DNA of 54,664 bases. Source: Nitrosomonadales bacterium (lineage in GTDB: Bacteria; Pseudomonadota; Gammaproteobacteria; Burkholderiales; Gallionellaceae). The stretch spans positions 848-55,511 of the forward strand of contig JACPEI010000048.1 of NCBI GenBank assembly GCA_016183575.1, read 5' to 3'. A program made the position numbers and the translations under genes. The notes under the pieces were generated by a model. That model had not been told where the DNA came from. It saw only the letters and a program-made list of their open reading frames with translations, and ran no database searches. Below, one piece after another: positions 9,577 to 24,929 of this stretch; the first letter of the stretch is position 1; each line of letters opens with the position of its first letter.

Positions 9577-9636
9577 AAACGGACATGGCGAGTTTCATTA
9601 TCATAAGTGGCTGCTCGCCATGCCCGTTAGCACAAC

Positions 9637-9662
9637 AAAAAAGCAGCCGAGGCTGCTTTTTT
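9637..9662. terminator. Bidirectional intrinsic terminator between spoT and atpC
   Basis: AAAAAAGCAGCCGAGGCTGCTTTTTT: GC stem flanked by A6 and T6. Confidence 0.85.
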
Positions 9663-9679
9663 GTATTTATTGCTTGAGT

Positions 9680-10108
9680 TCAATGCCCGGCTTGTTTGCG
9701 CAGTTGCTGGATCGCGCGCAACTGGGCAATGGCTTCCGCCAATTCGGCCTGTGCCTGGGCGTAGTCGATGTCGGAAGCGCGGTTCCTGATTGCGTCTTCC
9801 GCTGCCTGCTTCGCTTCCAGGGCGCGCGCCTCGTCCAGATCGGCGCCGCGTATCGCGGTATCGGCCAGGATGGTCACCACGCCAGGCTGCACTTCAAGCA
9901 TGCCGCCCGATACATAGATAAGAACTTCCTGTTCCTGGTCCGGCCGCTTTATCCTGACCGAGCCGGGTTTGATGCGCGTCATCAACGCGGTATGGCGCGG
10001 ATAAATGCCCAACTCACCCATTTCACCGGGAACCACTACCATTTCCGCCAGGCCGGAAAAGATGGCTTCTTCCGCGCTAACTACATCAACATGTACAGTC
10101 ATTGCCAT
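9680..10108 (-). CDS. atpC: ATP synthase F1 epsilon subunit
   Basis: [33 protein letters not shown]. Confidence 0.97.
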   Translation of the reverse strand: MAMTVHVDVVSAEEAIFSGLAEMVVVPGEMGELGIYPRHTALMTRIKPGSVRIKRPDQEQEVLIYVSGGMLEVQPGVVTILADTAIRGADLDEARALEAKQAAEDAIRNRASDIDYAQAQAELAEAIAQLRAIQQLRKQAGH

Positions 10109-10120
10109 GAGCTTCCCTCT

Positions 10121-11498
<1,378 letters not shown>

Positions 11499-11525
11499 TT
11501 AATTTTGTATTTTGCAGCTCAAGCC

Positions 11526-11636
11526 TTAACCGACCACTGCCGCATTTGTAAGATTTGGTCTCGCCATAACGTTCGCTACGCTCACATTAGTCTCGCCCAA
11601 TCTTACGCGCTGCGCCGTCAACCGACCGCTGCCGCA
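11526..11636. repeat. Hairpin element flanked by a 19-nt direct repeat of the atpG 3' end
   Basis: TTAACCGACCACTGCCGCA (11526-11544) vs TCAACCGACCGCTGCCGCA (11618-11636), 17/19; internal GTAAGATT...AATCTTAC stem. Confidence 0.7.
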
Positions 11637-12484
11637 CCGCTCACGATTTCTGAGATTTCGCGGGTGATGGCGGCCTGGCGCGCCTTGTTGTATACCAGCT
11701 TGAGCTCGCCGATCACGCTCTTCGCGTTATCCGATGCGGCCTTCATCGCCACCATCCGCGCGCTTTGTTCGGAAGCCATGTTTTCCACCACGGCCTGGTA
11801 AACCAGCGACTCGATGTAGCGCACCAGCAGTTCGTCGATCACCTGCTTGGCATCCGGTTCGTAGATATAATCCCAATTGCCCTCGGAGGTTCCCAGCTGC
11901 TCGCCGCTCAGCGGCAGCAATTGCTCGATGCACGGCTCCTGTTTCATGGTGTTAATGAAATGGTTGTAGCTGATATGGATCGCGTCGATCTCTCCCGCCG
12001 TGTAGGCATCCAGCATCACCTTTACGGCGCCGATCAGCTTTTCGATATGCGGCGTATCGCCCAATCCGGTCAGGTTGGATTTGACCCTGGCGCCGATACG
12101 CGACATGAAACCCAGTCCTTTGTTGCCGATCGGGCAAACCGCGATACCCTTGCCCTGCCCTTCCCAATCCTTCATGTTGCTCACCGCAAGACGCAGGATG
12201 TTGGTGTTCAAACCGCCGCACAGCCCCTTGTCCGAGGTCACCACGATCAGGCCGACGTTTTTCACATTTTCGCGTTTTTCCAGGAAGGAGTGCCGGTATT
12301 CCGGATTGGCGCGCGACAGGTGTGCAGCCACGGCGCGAATCTTTTCGGCATAGGGGCGCGCCGCGCGCATACGATCCTGTGCCTTGCGCATCTTGGCTGC
12401 GGCGACCATTTCCATGGCGCGCGTGATCTTGCGTGTATTTTCTACACTCTTGATTTTCGCGCGTATCTCTTTACTGCCAGCCAT
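11618..12484 (-). CDS. atpG: ATP synthase F1 gamma subunit
   Basis: [44 protein letters not shown]. Confidence 0.98.
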   Translation of the reverse strand: MAGSKEIRAKIKSVENTRKITRAMEMVAAAKMRKAQDRMRAARPYAEKIRAVAAHLSRANPEYRHSFLEKRENVKNVGLIVVTSDKGLCGGLNTNILRLAVSNMKDWEGQGKGIAVCPIGNKGLGFMSRIGARVKSNLTGLGDTPHIEKLIGAVKVMLDAYTAGEIDAIHISYNHFINTMKQEPCIEQLLPLSGEQLGTSEGNWDYIYEPDAKQVIDELLVRYIESLVYQAVVENMASEQSARMVAMKAASDNAKSVIGELKLVYNKARQAAITREISEIVSGAAAVG

Positions 12485-12556
12485 TTTTACCTCGCCTTAT
12501 AACCAGCCACTTGGCAACCGATTTTTGGTTGCTTAGTGGAATGGCTAGTTGTTTTA

Positions 12557-14098
12557 TCAATAAACAGCCGTTGCCTTGAAGGTCTCAATCGCAGCAGACA
12601 ACAGTTTTTCGTTGTCGGCATTCAGGTCCTTGCTGGACTCGATCGCATCCATCAGGGTCTTGTTGCTGGATTTCAGGTAGGCATGCAAGGCCGACTCGAA
12701 CGCCAGCGCCTTGGGCACCGCCACATCGTCGAAATAGCCTTTGTTGACGGAGAACAGCGTGACCGCCATTTCGGCGACCGACAAGGGCGCATATTGCAAC
12801 TGCTTCATCAATTCGGTCACCATGCGGCCGCGCTCCAACTGCTTGCGGGTTGCCTCGTCCAGATCGGAAGCGAACTGCGCGAAGGCTGCCAATTCACGGT
12901 ACTGCGCCAGCGCCAGCCGCACCCCGCCGCCGAGCTTCTTGATCACCTTGGTTTGCGCTGCACCGCCTACGCGGGACACCGAGACACCGGCGTTGATTGC
13001 GGGACGGATACCGGCATTGAACAAGTCGGTTTCCAGAAAGATCTGGCCGTCGGTAATGGAAATCACGTTGGTCGGCACGAAGGCGGACACGTCGCCCGCT
13101 TGCGTCTCGATGATCGGCAATGCGGTCAGCGAACCGGTCTTGCCCTTGACCTCGCCCTTGGTGAAGGCTTCCACGTAGTCGGCGTTCACTCTCGCTGCGC
13201 GTTCCAGCAGGCGGGAGTGCAGATAGAACACGTCGCCGGGGTACGCTTCGCGACCCGGCGGGCGGCGCAGCAGCAGGGAAATCTGACGGTAGGCCCAGGC
13301 CTGCTTGGTCAGGTCATCGTAAACAATCAGCGCGTCCTGTCCTCGATCGCGGAAATATTCACCCATGGTGCAACCGGCATACGGCGCCAGAAACTGCATC
13401 GCGGCAGAATCCGAAGCGGTTGCCGCAACCACGATGGTGTAACCCAGCGCACCGTGCTCTTCCAGCTTGCGCACCACGTTGGCGATGGTCGAGGCTTTCT
13501 GGCCGATCGCGACGTACACGCAGGTCATGTTCTGACCCTTCTGGTTGATGATGGCATCCACCGCCACGGCGGTCTTGCCGGTTTGGCGGTCGCCAATGAT
13601 CAATTCGCGTTGACCGCGTCCGACCGGAACCATCGAGTCGATCGATTTCAAGCCGGTTTGCACCGGCTGGTCAACCGACTTGCGCGCGATCACGCCCGGC
13701 GCTACTTTTTCGATCTTGTCGGTCATCTTCGCGTTGACCGGACCCTTGCCGTCGATCGGCTGGCCCAAGGCGTTCACCACGCGGCCGCACAATTCTGGAC
13801 CAACCGGCACTTCCAGAATACGGCCGGTGCACTTGACCGTGTCGCCTTCGGTGATGTGCTCATATTCGCCGAGCACCACCGCGCCGACCGAATCACGCTC
13901 CAGGTTCAGCGCCAGGCCGAAGGTGTTGCCGGGGAATTCCAGCATTTCTCCCTGCATCACATCGGAGAGCCCGTGCACACGAACGATACCGTCGGTCACG
14001 CTGACCACCGTACCTTCGGTGCGCGCCTGCGTCAGCGCCTCGAAATTTTCGATGCGGCTGCGAATCAGATTGCTAATTTCAGAGGGGTTGAGCTTCAT
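12557..14098 (-). CDS. atpA: ATP synthase F1 alpha subunit
   Basis: [29 protein letters not shown]. Confidence 0.98.
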   Translation of the reverse strand: MKLNPSEISNLIRSRIENFEALTQARTEGTVVSVTDGIVRVHGLSDVMQGEMLEFPGNTFGLALNLERDSVGAVVLGEYEHITEGDTVKCTGRILEVPVGPELCGRVVNALGQPIDGKGPVNAKMTDKIEKVAPGVIARKSVDQPVQTGLKSIDSMVPVGRGQRELIIGDRQTGKTAVAVDAIINQKGQNMTCVYVAIGQKASTIANVVRKLEEHGALGYTIVVAATASDSAAMQFLAPYAGCTMGEYFRDRGQDALIVYDDLTKQAWAYRQISLLLRRPPGREAYPGDVFYLHSRLLERAARVNADYVEAFTKGEVKGKTGSLTALPIIETQAGDVSAFVPTNVISITDGQIFLETDLFNAGIRPAINAGVSVSRVGGAAQTKVIKKLGGGVRLALAQYRELAAFAQFASDLDEATRKQLERGRMVTELMKQLQYAPLSVAEMAVTLFSVNKGYFDDVAVPKALAFESALHAYLKSSNKTLMDAIESSKDLNADNEKLLSAAIETFKATAVY

Positions 14099-14127
14099 TA
14101 CATTTCCTTATCTTGATCAATCCGTTA

Positions 14128-14661
14128 TCAGGCCAGGGCGTTGGCCATCTCGCCAAGACGGGTGCGGGCAGAGCCATCGATCACCTTGTCTCCGGCGCGA
14201 ATCACCACGCCACCCAGCAGCTCTTTGTTGATTTTGCAAACCAGCTTGATTTCGCGACCCATGCGCGCTTTCAGCGAACTAACAATCTTCGCCTGCTGCG
14301 CAGCAGACAACTCAAACGCGGAATCCACTACCACATTCACGGTTTTTTCCGCTTCAGCCCGCAAGGCCTCGAAAATGACGGCGATTTCCGGCAGGATCAG
14401 CAGGCGTTGATTGTCCACCAGCACCCTGACGAAATTATGCTGCTGGGGTGTTACCTGACCACCCAGCAAACCCTCCATCAGGCTTTCGAGCTGCGCTTTG
14501 GCAACCCGCGGGCTGGTGACGACCGCGCGAACTTCCGGATGACCGACCGCCTCGGCGAGAGACAGCAATACCTCCGCCCAGCCTTTCAGGTCCGACAGCT
14601 TCTGCGCTTCTTCAAATGCCGCCTGTGCATAGGGCCGGGCAATGGTGATGGCTTCAGACAT
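14128..14661 (-). CDS. atpH: ATP synthase delta subunit
   Basis: TIARPYAQAAF, LLGGVVIRAGDKVIDGS. Confidence 0.96.
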   Translation of the reverse strand: MSEAITIARPYAQAAFEEAQKLSDLKGWAEVLLSLAEAVGHPEVRAVVTSPRVAKAQLESLMEGLLGGQVTPQQHNFVRVLVDNQRLLILPEIAVIFEALRAEAEKTVNVVVDSAFELSAAQQAKIVSSLKARMGREIKLVCKINKELLGGVVIRAGDKVIDGSARTRLGEMANALA

Positions 14662-14666
14662 GGCGT

Positions 14667-15137
14667 TCAGATTTCCGCAACTAGTTTATCGAGCAGGTCA
14701 TTGTGTGCCTTGGCGTCAATTTCGCGGCCAAGAATCTTGCTCGCTCCGGCCAGCGCAATTGCCGACACCTGAGTGCGCAACTGCTCTTTGGCGCGAAACA
14801 CTTCCTGATCGATTTCGGCCTTGGCACCCGCAAGGATGCGCTCGCCTTCGATTTTGGCTTTTGCCTTGGCCGCTTCAATGATCTCGCTGTCGCGCTTTTC
14901 GGCATTGACGATGATTTCGCCGGCCTTTTCCTTGGCTTCACGCAAAATTTCTGCGGAACGCTTGGCAGCCAGCTCCAGGTCATGCTTTGCCCGCTCCGCA
15001 TCCGCCAAACCATCGGCAATCTGCTTTTTGCGTTGCTCCAGCGCCGCCATGATCGGGGGCCAGACAAATTTCATGCAGAACCACACAAACAGCGCGAACA
15101 TGATCGTCTGTGCGAGAAGAGTTGCATTGATATTCAT
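14667..15137 (-). CDS. atpF: ATP synthase Fo subunit b
   Basis: MNINATL...[13 protein letters not shown]-terminal TM helix followed by coiled coil. Confidence 0.96.
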   Translation of the reverse strand: MNINATLLAQTIMFALFVWFCMKFVWPPIMAALEQRKKQIADGLADAERAKHDLELAAKRSAEILREAKEKAGEIIVNAEKRDSEIIEAAKAKAKIEGERILAGAKAEIDQEVFRAKEQLRTQVSAIALAGASKILGREIDAKAHNDLLDKLVAEI

Positions 15138-15180
15138 GCAAGCTACCTTTCTTGAGTTATACGTTGTCGCTTATGACGAA

Positions 15181-15426
<246 letters not shown>

Positions 15427-15474
15427 CTATTGATAAAAGTGAAGTTTAGTAAAACCGTTTTTAATGATGTTGAT

Positions 15475-16847
<1,373 letters not shown>

Positions 16848-16848
16848 C

Positions 16849-17712
16849 TTATTTGCCTTTTTTGAGCTTGTTCAGGAATTCATCCAACTGGTCATGATTC
16901 GTATATTCGATGACCAGTCTGCCCCCGCCTTTGCTGCCCGGCTTGATTTCCACGCGGGTTCCGAGCCATGCGCTCATTTCTTCCTGCAGCCGCTGGGTAT
17001 CGCGGCTGAGCTTATGAGCTTTCTTTGGCTTGTCTTTTGCGGGCTCATGAGTTTGCTTTTGCACCAGTTTTTCCGCTTCACGCACGGAAAGCCCTTCCAG
17101 CACAATTTTATTGGCCAGCAATATCTGCTGTGCGCTCTCCAGCGACAACAAAGCACGCGCGTGCCCCATATCCAGCTTGTTTTCCATCAACATGCCCTGC
17201 ACGACCTGCGGCAATTTGAGCAGTCTCAACAAGTTGCTGGCGGCGCTGCGCGAACGCCCTACCGCCTCTGCTGCGACATGGTGAGTCATCTTGAATTCGT
17301 CGATCAGGCGCTGGATGCCCACGGCTTCTTCCAGCGGATTCAGGTTTTCACGCTGGATATTCTCGATCAACGCCATCGCCAGCGCCGCATTGTCTGGCAC
17401 GCTGCGCACCAGCACCGGCACATGGGTCAGCCCCGCCAACTGTGCGGCGCGCCAGCGCCTCTCGCCGGCGATGATTTCATAGCTGCTGTCGGCAAGCTGG
17501 CGCACCAGGATCGGCTGCATGATTCCCTGCGCCTTGATTGAAGCCGCCAGGTCGTGCAACGAGGCCTCGTCCATATGCGAACGGGGCTGGTATTTGCCCG
17601 GTTTGAGCAGCGCCACGTTCAAATCGCGCATCGCCTCGTCTTTTTCGCTTTTACCTCCGGACAACAACGCATCCAGTCCGCGCCCCAACCCCTTGTTTAG
17701 TTTTGTTGCCAT
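16849..17712 (-). CDS. parB: Chromosome partitioning protein ParB
   Basis: GLGRGLDALL, QPR, IIAGERRWRAA, IENIQRENLN. Confidence 0.96.
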   Translation of the reverse strand: MATKLNKGLGRGLDALLSGGKSEKDEAMRDLNVALLKPGKYQPRSHMDEASLHDLAASIKAQGIMQPILVRQLADSSYEIIAGERRWRAAQLAGLTHVPVLVRSVPDNAALAMALIENIQRENLNPLEEAVGIQRLIDEFKMTHHVAAEAVGRSRSAASNLLRLLKLPQVVQGMLMENKLDMGHARALLSLESAQQILLANKIVLEGLSVREAEKLVQKQTHEPAKDKPKKAHKLSRDTQRLQEEMSAWLGTRVEIKPGSKGGGRLVIEYTNHDQLDEFLNKLKKGK

Positions 17713-17723
17713 AAACGCTTCCT

Positions 17724-18506
17724 TTATGCTGTTGCAGCAGACTGCGCCGCGTTATTCAATAACTCTCCGGCCAATGCCAGATAAGCCTGCGTTCCCTTGG
17801 ATGATTTGTCGTGATACAGCACCGGCACGCCAAAACTGGGTGCTTCCGCCAGCCGCACATTGCGCGGAATCACGGTGCGATAAACCTTATCGCCGAAGTG
17901 CTCCCGCAATTGGTCCGAGACCTGTTGCGCCAGCGTATTGCGCGGATCGAACATGGTGCGCAGCAGGCCTTCGATCTCCAGCTCCGAGTTCAGGTTAGCG
18001 CGCACTTTACGGATGGTATTCACCAGGTCGCTCAGCCCCTCCAACGCATAGTATTCGCATTGCATCGGGATCATCACCGACCTCGCCGCGCACAGCCCGT
18101 TCAGAGTCAGCAAATTCAAGGCAGGCGGACAATCGATCAGCACATAGTCATATTCCGCCGCAATGCCGTGCAAGGCATCGCGCAAGCGCATTTCGCGATG
18201 CGGCAAGTCGACCAGCTCGACTTCAGCGCCGGCCAGCTCCCGGTTGGCGGGCAGCAGGTCATATTTTCCGGCCTCCGAGCGTATCCGCGCCTCGGCTATC
18301 GTCTTGCCGCCCAGCAGCACATCGTAGACGCTGGCCTGCAAATCGCGCTTGTCGATGCCGCTGCCCATCGTGGCATTGCCCTGCGGGTCAAGGTCGATCA
18401 GCAACACGCGCTGCTGGGCTGCCGCGAGACTGGCCGCCAGATTCACCGTGGTGGTGGTCTTCCCCACCCCGCCCTTCTGGTTGGTTATCGCCAATATTTT
18501 CGTCAT
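17724..18506 (-). CDS. parA: Chromosome partitioning ATPase ParA
   Basis: NQKGGVGKTTT, DLDPQGN, IDCPP, QCEYYALEG. Confidence 0.96.
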   Translation of the reverse strand: MTKILAITNQKGGVGKTTTTVNLAASLAAAQQRVLLIDLDPQGNATMGSGIDKRDLQASVYDVLLGGKTIAEARIRSEAGKYDLLPANRELAGAEVELVDLPHREMRLRDALHGIAAEYDYVLIDCPPALNLLTLNGLCAARSVMIPMQCEYYALEGLSDLVNTIRKVRANLNSELEIEGLLRTMFDPRNTLAQQVSDQLREHFGDKVYRTVIPRNVRLAEAPSFGVPVLYHDKSSKGTQAYLALAGELLNNAAQSAATA

Positions 18507-19138
18507 GTTGTTTTGTCCCTATCGCATGTTGCAATGACTAGACTGCGCGCCGCGAGCAAACCCGGCACTTGTAACGGTATCACGCGCTCCACCCGGCATC
18601 CGTCCGGCACACCCGCCAATTCCTGCTGCGGTGTGCCCTTCATTGCCACCCAACGCCCTTGTGGCGCCATCAGATGGCGGGTGCAGCGCAGGAATTCGCC
18701 CAATTCGCTGAATGCCCGCGAGATGATCCCGTCAAACCGTTCAACTGGCTGCCACTCTTCCACACGCGCGCAGTGAACGCTCACGTTGCGCAAGCCCAGT
18801 TCGATAACCGCCTGTTGCACGAAGCTGGTTTTCTTGCTGTTGCTGTCCAGCAGGGCGAACTGCCAGCCCGGCTGCGCGACTGCCAGCACCAACCCCGGCA
18901 AGCCCGCACCGCTTCCCACATCCAGCCACCGCCCCGCCCATAGATGCGGCATTGCCGCAAGGCTGTCAAGCAAGTGATTGCTCACCATCTGCTGCGGATC
19001 GCGGATCGCCGTCAGGTTATAAACTTTGTTCCATTTATGCAGCAGCGCCAAATAATCCAGCAATTTGCGCTGCGTATCCGCATCCAGCGCAATCCCCAAT
19101 TGCGCGATGCCGCGCTGCAATTCTTCGGCCAGGTTCAT
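18503..19138 (-). CDS. rsmG: 16S rRNA m7G527 methyltransferase
   Basis: [32 protein letters not shown]. Confidence 0.96.
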   Translation of the reverse strand: MNLAEELQRGIAQLGIALDADTQRKLLDYLALLHKWNKVYNLTAIRDPQQMVSNHLLDSLAAMPHLWAGRWLDVGSGAGLPGLVLAVAQPGWQFALLDSNSKKTSFVQQAVIELGLRNVSVHCARVEEWQPVERFDGIISRAFSELGEFLRCTRHLMAPQGRWVAMKGTPQQELAGVPDGCRVERVIPLQVPGLLAARSLVIATCDRDKTT

Positions 19139-21051
19139 GCGCGCTTCTGGGCTGGCTGTCCATCGCGAAAGCCGCGCTTGATATGCACCAGCAACAGGGA
19201 TATCGCCGCCGGGGTTATCCCGGAAATGCGCGCCGCCTGCCCGACGGTTTCAGGCTTGTGCTGGTTGAGCTTTTGCTGCACCTCGATGGACAGCCCGCGC
19301 ACCTCGCGATAATCGAGGTCTTCCGGCAATCCCAGCGTCTCGTATTGTTCGTTGCGCCCGATCTCGTCGCGCTGCCGCTCTATATAGCCATGATATTTCG
19401 CCTGGGTTTCCACCTGCTCGGCGACCTTTGCATCGCCCACCCCGGTCCCCGCGCCTGGCAGAGTCAGCAGGCCGGCATAATTCACATCCGGGCGGCGCAA
19501 CAGTTCATGCAGCGAATATTCGCGCTCAATCGGCTTGCCCAGCACGCGCATCGCATCTTCTTCCGGCAGGTTGCGCGGATTCACCCAGGTGCTGCGCAAG
19601 CGCTCCTGCTCGCGCGCGATGGATTCGCGCTTTTGCTCGAACGCCTGCCAGCGTGCGTCGTCCACGATGCCCAGCCTGCGGCCAATCTCCGTCAACCGCA
19701 AATCCGCGTTGTCCTCGCGCAACTGCAGGCGGTATTCCGCGCGGCTGGTAAACATGCGATACGGCTCGGAAACGCCGCGCGTGATCAAGTCGTCCACCAG
19801 CACGCCCAGATAGGCCTCGTCGCGGCGCGGGCACCAGGCTTCTTTCTCATTGGCTTGCAGTGCCGCATTCAGCCCGGCCAGCAGCCCTTGCGCGGCCGCC
19901 TCCTCGTAACCGGTCGTGCCGTTGATCTGCCCGGCGAAAAACAGCCCGTGGATCGCCTTGGTCTCCAGCGAGCTTCTCAGCCCGCGCGGGTCAAAATAGT
20001 CGTATTCGATCGCATAGCCGGGGCGCAGGATATGCGCGTTTTCCAGCCCCTTGATGGAGCGCACCAAGGCCAGTTGCACATCGAACGGCAGGCTGGTGGA
20101 TATGCCGTTCGGATACACCTCGTGGGTGGTCAGCCCTTCCGGTTCGAGAAAAATCTGATGCGAGGATTTATCGGCAAAGCGCGCGATCTTGTCCTCGATG
20201 GACGGGCAATAACGCGGCCCTACTCCCTCGATCACCCCGGTGAACAGCGGCGAGCGATCCAGCCCGCCGCGGATGATGTCGTGGGTGCGCTGGTTGGTTT
20301 CGGTGATCCAGCAAGGCAACTGCTGCGGGTGCTGCGCGGCATTGCCCATGAACGAGAACACCGGCACCGGGTCGTCGCCCGGCTGCTCCAGCATCAGCGA
20401 ATAATCGATGCTGCGCCCGTCGATGCGCGGCGGCGTGCCGGTCTTCAGCCGCCCCGCCGGAAGACTCAGCTCGCGCAAGCGGCGCGCCAGGCTGATCGAG
20501 GGCGGGTCGCCGGCGCGACCCGCCGGATAATGTGCCTGCCCGACATGGATCAGTCCGGACAGGAAGGTGCCCGCCGTCAGCACCACGGTTTTCGCGTTGA
20601 AACGCAGGCCCAGTTGCGTGACCACCCCGCTTACCCGGTCTTGCCCAGTGGCAGATGACCCGACCAGCAGGTCGTCCACCGCCTGCTGGAACAGCCAGAG
20701 GTTGGGCTGGTTCTCCAGCCTTGCGCGGATTGCCTGTTTGTAAAGCAGGCGGTCGGCTTGCGCGCGCGTCGCGCGCACCGCCGGGCCCTTGCTTGAATTC
20801 AGGATGCGGAACTGGATGCCGCTCTCGTCGGTCACCGCCGCCATCGCGCCGCCCAGCGCATCCACTTCCCTGACCAGATGGCCCTTGCCGATCCCGCCAA
20901 TCGAAGGGTTGCACGACATCTGCCCGAGCGTTTCGATGTTGTGGCTGAGCAGCAAGGTCTTGCAGCCCGCGCGCGCGCTGACCAGGGCGGCCTCCGTGCC
21001 GGCATGGCCGCCGCCCACCACGACTACATCGAATATATCGGGGAAATTCAT
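19135..21051 (-). CDS. mnmG: tRNA uridine 5-carboxymethylaminomethyl modification enzyme
   Basis: [42 protein letters not shown]; ATG at 21051. Confidence 0.97.
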   Translation of the reverse strand: MNFPDIFDVVVVGGGHAGTEAALVSARAGCKTLLLSHNIETLGQMSCNPSIGGIGKGHLVREVDALGGAMAAVTDESGIQFRILNSSKGPAVRATRAQADRLLYKQAIRARLENQPNLWLFQQAVDDLLVGSSATGQDRVSGVVTQLGLRFNAKTVVLTAGTFLSGLIHVGQAHYPAGRAGDPPSISLARRLRELSLPAGRLKTGTPPRIDGRSIDYSLMLEQPGDDPVPVFSFMGNAAQHPQQLPCWITETNQRTHDIIRGGLDRSPLFTGVIEGVGPRYCPSIEDKIARFADKSSHQIFLEPEGLTTHEVYPNGISTSLPFDVQLALVRSIKGLENAHILRPGYAIEYDYFDPRGLRSSLETKAIHGLFFAGQINGTTGYEEAAAQGLLAGLNAALQANEKEAWCPRRDEAYLGVLVDDLITRGVSEPYRMFTSRAEYRLQLREDNADLRLTEIGRRLGIVDDARWQAFEQKRESIAREQERLRSTWVNPRNLPEEDAMRVLGKPIEREYSLHELLRRPDVNYAGLLTLPGAGTGVGDAKVAEQVETQAKYHGYIERQRDEIGRNEQYETLGLPEDLDYREVRGLSIEVQQKLNQHKPETVGQAARISGITPAAISLLLVHIKRGFRDGQPAQKRA

Positions 21052-21107
21052 GTTGCAACTGTTTTGCAAAGGACGCGCATCATACAACAGCGAAATCCAA
21101 AATGCAT

Positions 21108-21123
21108 TGTTTCACATGGGACA
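21108..21123. promoter_or_regulatory. Degenerate parS site
   Basis: TGTTTCACATGGGACA, directly adjacent to a perfect parS. Confidence 0.5.
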
Positions 21124-21124
21124 T

Positions 21125-21140
21125 TGTTTCACGTGAAACA
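21125..21140. promoter_or_regulatory. parS centromere site
   Basis: Perfect consensus palindrome TGTTTCACGTGAAACA near parAB and oriC. Confidence 0.92.
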
Positions 21141-21146
21141 GGGACG

Positions 21147-22502
21147 TTATTTTCCGATGCAGAACCGGCTGAAAATCTCGCCGAGTAGGTCGTCCGGGGT
21201 GAATTCTCCGGTAATCTCGTTCAGCGCGCGCTGCGCCTGGCGCAGCTCCTCGGCGAACAGTTCCGCGCTGGCCAGCACCGTTTGCGCCTGGATCAGGTGG
21301 GTTTGCGCCAGCGTCAACGCGCGCATATGCCGTTCCCGCGCCATGAAAGCGCCGCTCTCCTGGTCGCGCCAGCCCACCGCCTCCAGCAGCTTGCCGCGCA
21401 ACTCCTCTAACCCCGCGCCTGTTTTGGCGGACACCCGAATAGACGGAATACCGGAAAACGGCGCATTCGCGGTTAGGACAGCATTGTCGTCCAACAGATC
21501 GGCCTTGTTGAACACCAGCAACTGCGGGATGCCCGCCGGCAATCCGGCAAGGATCGCCTCGTCCTGCGCCGTCAGTCCTTTACTCGCATCCAGCAGCAGC
21601 AGAATCAAATCGGCGCGGTGCATTGTCTGATGGGCGCGCGCGATGCCCATGCTCTCCACCGCATCCTCCGATTCGCGCAGCCCCGCCGTGTCCATGATGT
21701 GTAGCGGCACCCCGCGAATCTGGATCGCCTGGCGGATCACATCGCGGGTGGTGCCGGGAATATCGCTGACCAGCGCTACCTCCTCGCCGGCCAGGCGGTT
21801 CAGCAGGCTGGACTTGCCGACATTCGGCTGCCCGGCAATGACCACATGAGCGCCCTCGCGCAGCAAGCTGCCCTGTTTTGCGGTGTCCAGCGTATGCCGC
21901 AAGCGCAATCGGATGCGGCTCAGCAAGGCATCGCGGCGCTCCATGTCGACGGCATCCACCTCCTCTTCCGGAAAGTCCAGCATCGCCTCAACCAGCATGC
22001 GCAGGTTAATCAGTTCATCGACCATGCCGTGGATAGCGGCGGAGAATTCCCCGCGCAGGGAGCGCATCGCGCTGCGTGCAGCCTCGGCGGAATTGGCATC
22101 GATCAGGTCTGAGACGCTTTCCGCCTGCGCGAGGTCAAGTTTGTCGTTCAGAAAGGCACGGCGCGTGAATTCACCGGGTTGCGCCAGCCGCGCACCCAAA
22201 TCGAGGCAGCGCTGCAACACCAGTTGCAATACGGCGTGGCCGCCGTGCCCTTGCAGCTCGAGCACATCCTCGCCGGTGTAGGAATGCGGGGCAGGAAAAA
22301 ACAAGGCGACACCCTGATCCAGGATGTCGCCATTTTCGTCCAAAAAACTACCGCAGGTGGCATGCCGCGCAGCGGGCAGTTTGCCCAGAATTCTGCGAGC
22401 CAGCGTTTCGCTGTGCCGCCCGGACACCCTTACCACCCCGATGCCGCCGCGCCCCTGCGCGGTGGCAATGGCGGCAATGGTATCAGCGTTTGGCGGCGGC
22501 AC
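21147..22502 (-). CDS. mnmE: tRNA modification GTPase MnmE
   Basis: [37 protein letters not shown], terminal FCIGK. Confidence 0.97.
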   Translation of the reverse strand: MPPPNADTIAAIATAQGRGGIGVVRVSGRHSETLARRILGKLPAARHATCGSFLDENGDILDQGVALFFPAPHSYTGEDVLELQGHGGHAVLQLVLQRCLDLGARLAQPGEFTRRAFLNDKLDLAQAESVSDLIDANSAEAARSAMRSLRGEFSAAIHGMVDELINLRMLVEAMLDFPEEEVDAVDMERRDALLSRIRLRLRHTLDTAKQGSLLREGAHVVIAGQPNVGKSSLLNRLAGEEVALVSDIPGTTRDVIRQAIQIRGVPLHIMDTAGLRESEDAVESMGIARAHQTMHRADLILLLLDASKGLTAQDEAILAGLPAGIPQLLVFNKADLLDDNAVLTANAPFSGIPSIRVSAKTGAGLEELRGKLLEAVGWRDQESGAFMARERHMRALTLAQTHLIQAQTVLASAELFAEELRQAQRALNEITGEFTPDDLLGEIFSRFCIGK

Positions 22503-24132
22503 CCTTGCTCGCTGCCTCGGCCTCGGCAGCCCGGGTGATGTACCACTGCTGGCCGATTGAAAGGATATTGTTCACGATGGAATACAACACCAGCCCGGCA
22601 GGAAAGAAGAAGAAAATCACACTGAAGGCGATCGGCATGATTTGCATGATCCTGGCCTGCATCGGATCTGCCGGCTTTGGATTAAGGCGCATCTGGATAA
22701 TCATGCTTGCCCCCATGATCAACGGCAGTATGTAGTATGGGTCCGCCGCCGACAGGTCGGTTATCCAGCCGAAGAATGGCGCGTAACGCATCTCGACACT
22801 CGCCAGGATAGCCCAGTACAAGGCGATAAAAACCGGGATTTGCACCACCACCGGCAAACATCCGCCCAACGGGTTGATTTTCTCCGTTTTATACAACTCC
22901 ATCATCGCGCGGTTCAGCTTTTCCCGGTCGCCAGCGCATTGCTGTTTTATCTTTTCCAGCTTCGGTGCGACCACGCGCATCTTTGCCATGGAGCGATAGC
23001 TTGCTGCAGACAGCGGGAAAAACAACAGCTTGATCAGGACGGTAAGCAGAATGATGGCAACGCCCCAATTGTGCGTCCAGTCGTTAAACAACGACATGAC
23101 CCAGAACAGTGGAGCGGAAAGGACGGTCAGCCAGCCATAATCCACCGTCAATCCCAGGCCGGGGGCGATTTCGTCCAGATCAACCTGGGCCGGGCCTGCA
23201 TAAAGCGCAGTGCCAATGAGCACTTTCTGCCCGGGATTGACGGCCTGTTCCGGAAGAATCACCCCCACCGAATACGCATCGCCGTCCAGTTTGCGCGTGA
23301 AATATTCGCGATTGGTTTTTTCCTTGGGCAGCCATGCCGCAACAAAGTAATGTTGCAGTACCCCAATCCAGCCGTCATTGGCCTGCTTGGGGTAATCTGT
23401 CTTGCCCTTTTCTATTTCCGGGAACTCTACCTTTTGAAATTTTTCCTTGTCGGTATAGACCGCAGCACCGACATAAGTAGGCAAAAACATTGAGCTGCCT
23501 GTCAGCGCAGCGCTATCGCGAATCAGCTGAAAATAGCTGCTTGCCGTTGCTGCCTGCTGCCCGGTATTTTCCAATTCATAGGCAACATCAACCAAATAAC
23601 TCCCTTTATGGAAGGTAATTAACTTGGCCACTTTCAGCGTGGAATCGGTCTCGGCAATCAGCCGGACTTGCACCTGCTCGGCATTCTCGGCAAGCGCATA
23701 CTGGTCTTGCTCCGAAACAAACTGGCTGTTGTGGTTAGGCAAACCCGTTCCGAGCAGGCCGCTTTGTGCGACATAATTATGGGTGCCTGTGCCGCGATGA
23801 AAAAGCACCAGCGGTTTGTTTTTGTCCAATCCGTCAGGGTGCTTCAGCAACGCCAGCCAGCTGATATCTCCGCCGATGGTGCTAATTTCGGCCTCAAGAA
23901 TATCAGTCTTGACGCGGATTGTTTTTCCGGCCGATTGCTGGACGGAATGCTGGGCAATAGTTGCCGGTGTTGCCGCAGCCTGAGGACTTACCTGGGGCGT
24001 CGGGACATTCCCATTAATTGCCGCGCTTTGCTGAACATACTGTTCGGGATGTTGATGGCGTTGCCACCCATCCCAAACTAACCCTAGCGAAAACACAAAA
24101 ATTAAAAACAAAAAAAGTCTTTGTAAATCCAT
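22483..24132 (-). CDS. yidC: Membrane protein insertase YidC
   Basis: [37 protein letters not shown]; ATG at 24132. Confidence 0.96.
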   Translation of the reverse strand: MDLQRLFLFLIFVFSLGLVWDGWQRHQHPEQYVQQSAAINGNVPTPQVSPQAAATPATIAQHSVQQSAGKTIRVKTDILEAEISTIGGDISWLALLKHPDGLDKNKPLVLFHRGTGTHNYVAQSGLLGTGLPNHNSQFVSEQDQYALAENAEQVQVRLIAETDSTLKVAKLITFHKGSYLVDVAYELENTGQQAATASSYFQLIRDSAALTGSSMFLPTYVGAAVYTDKEKFQKVEFPEIEKGKTDYPKQANDGWIGVLQHYFVAAWLPKEKTNREYFTRKLDGDAYSVGVILPEQAVNPGQKVLIGTALYAGPAQVDLDEIAPGLGLTVDYGWLTVLSAPLFWVMSLFNDWTHNWGVAIILLTVLIKLLFFPLSAASYRSMAKMRVVAPKLEKIKQQCAGDREKLNRAMMELYKTEKINPLGGCLPVVVQIPVFIALYWAILASVEMRYAPFFGWITDLSAADPYYILPLIMGASMIIQMRLNPKPADPMQARIMQIMPIAFSVIFFFFPAGLVLYSIVNNILSIGQQWYITRAAEAEAASKGAAAKR

Positions 24133-24146
24133 GATATGGCCTGATG

Positions 24147-24356
24147 TTAGGGTGCGGGATCGTATCCGCCGGGATTCCAGGGATTGCAACGCAGCAATCG
24201 TTTAATGCCGAGCCACGCCCCTTTCATTACACCGTATTTTGCCAAGGCTTCACAGGTATAGTGGGAACAGGTTGGGGTAAATCTGCATGTTGGCGGGCTA
24301 AGCGGGCTGATTAAATATTGATAGCCATGAATCAGCTTGATCACAATTCTGCGCAT
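24147..24356 (-). CDS. yidD: Membrane protein insertion efficiency factor
   Basis: [29 protein letters not shown]. Confidence 0.94.
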   Translation of the reverse strand: MRRIVIKLIHGYQYLISPLSPPTCRFTPTCSHYTCEALAKYGVMKGAWLGIKRLLRCNPWNPGGYDPAP

Positions 24357-24733
24357 CTATTTTCTACCCGGCTAAACAGCATCTTTAAATTGCCAGCTTG
24401 CGCACCACTCTCCAGAGGGTATGCATGTCTCGCCATCACAACCACATCCAACTTGCACTGTTTGATGTTATGTTGGCGGAACGCTTCCCTGATGATTCTT
24501 TTTACACGATTTCGGTCTGCTGCGCCGGATAGCGTTTTTTTGGCCACAATTATTCCAAGCCTGGCGTTTCTTTCGCCGTTGCGCACAAAAAAAATTTTGA
24601 AGTACTTATCCGCTATGTTTTCAGCGCGAATAACATGGTCAAAACCATTTTTGCGCAATAATCGGTGCACAGCGGTAAATTCGGCCGACAGGCTAGACGG
24701 CAAGGCCGATATACTAAACCGCGAGTCTGGCAC
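24341..24733 (-). CDS. rnpA: RNase P protein component (start uncertain)
   Basis: [10 protein letters not shown]...[13 protein letters not shown] (RNR motif), between rpmH and yidD. Confidence 0.9.
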   Translation of the reverse strand: MPDSRFSISALPSSLSAEFTAVHRLLRKNGFDHVIRAENIADKYFKIFFVRNGERNARLGIIVAKKTLSGAADRNRVKRIIREAFRQHNIKQCKLDVVVMARHAYPLESGAQAGNLKMLFSRVENRCAEL

Positions 24734-24848
24734 GGCCCTTGGCGCGACGTGCCTTGATAACAGCGCGGCCTCCGCGTGTCTTCATGCGCACTAAAAATCC
24801 ATGCGTGCGTTTTCTTTTGGTTACGGACGGTTGATATGTGCGTTTCAT
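24714..24848 (-). CDS. rpmH: 50S ribosomal protein L34
   Basis: Hand translation [44 protein letters not shown]; too short for the ORF track. Confidence 0.96.
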   Translation of the reverse strand: MKRTYQPSVTKRKRTHGFLVRMKTRGGRAVIKARRAKGRARLAV

Positions 24849-24929
24849 GTTCTTTTCCTAGTTGAGCCGTAAAACGCGCTATTACAAAGCCTTAAGGCCC
24901 AAGTGTCAAGTATATTTTACTTTTTTGCC

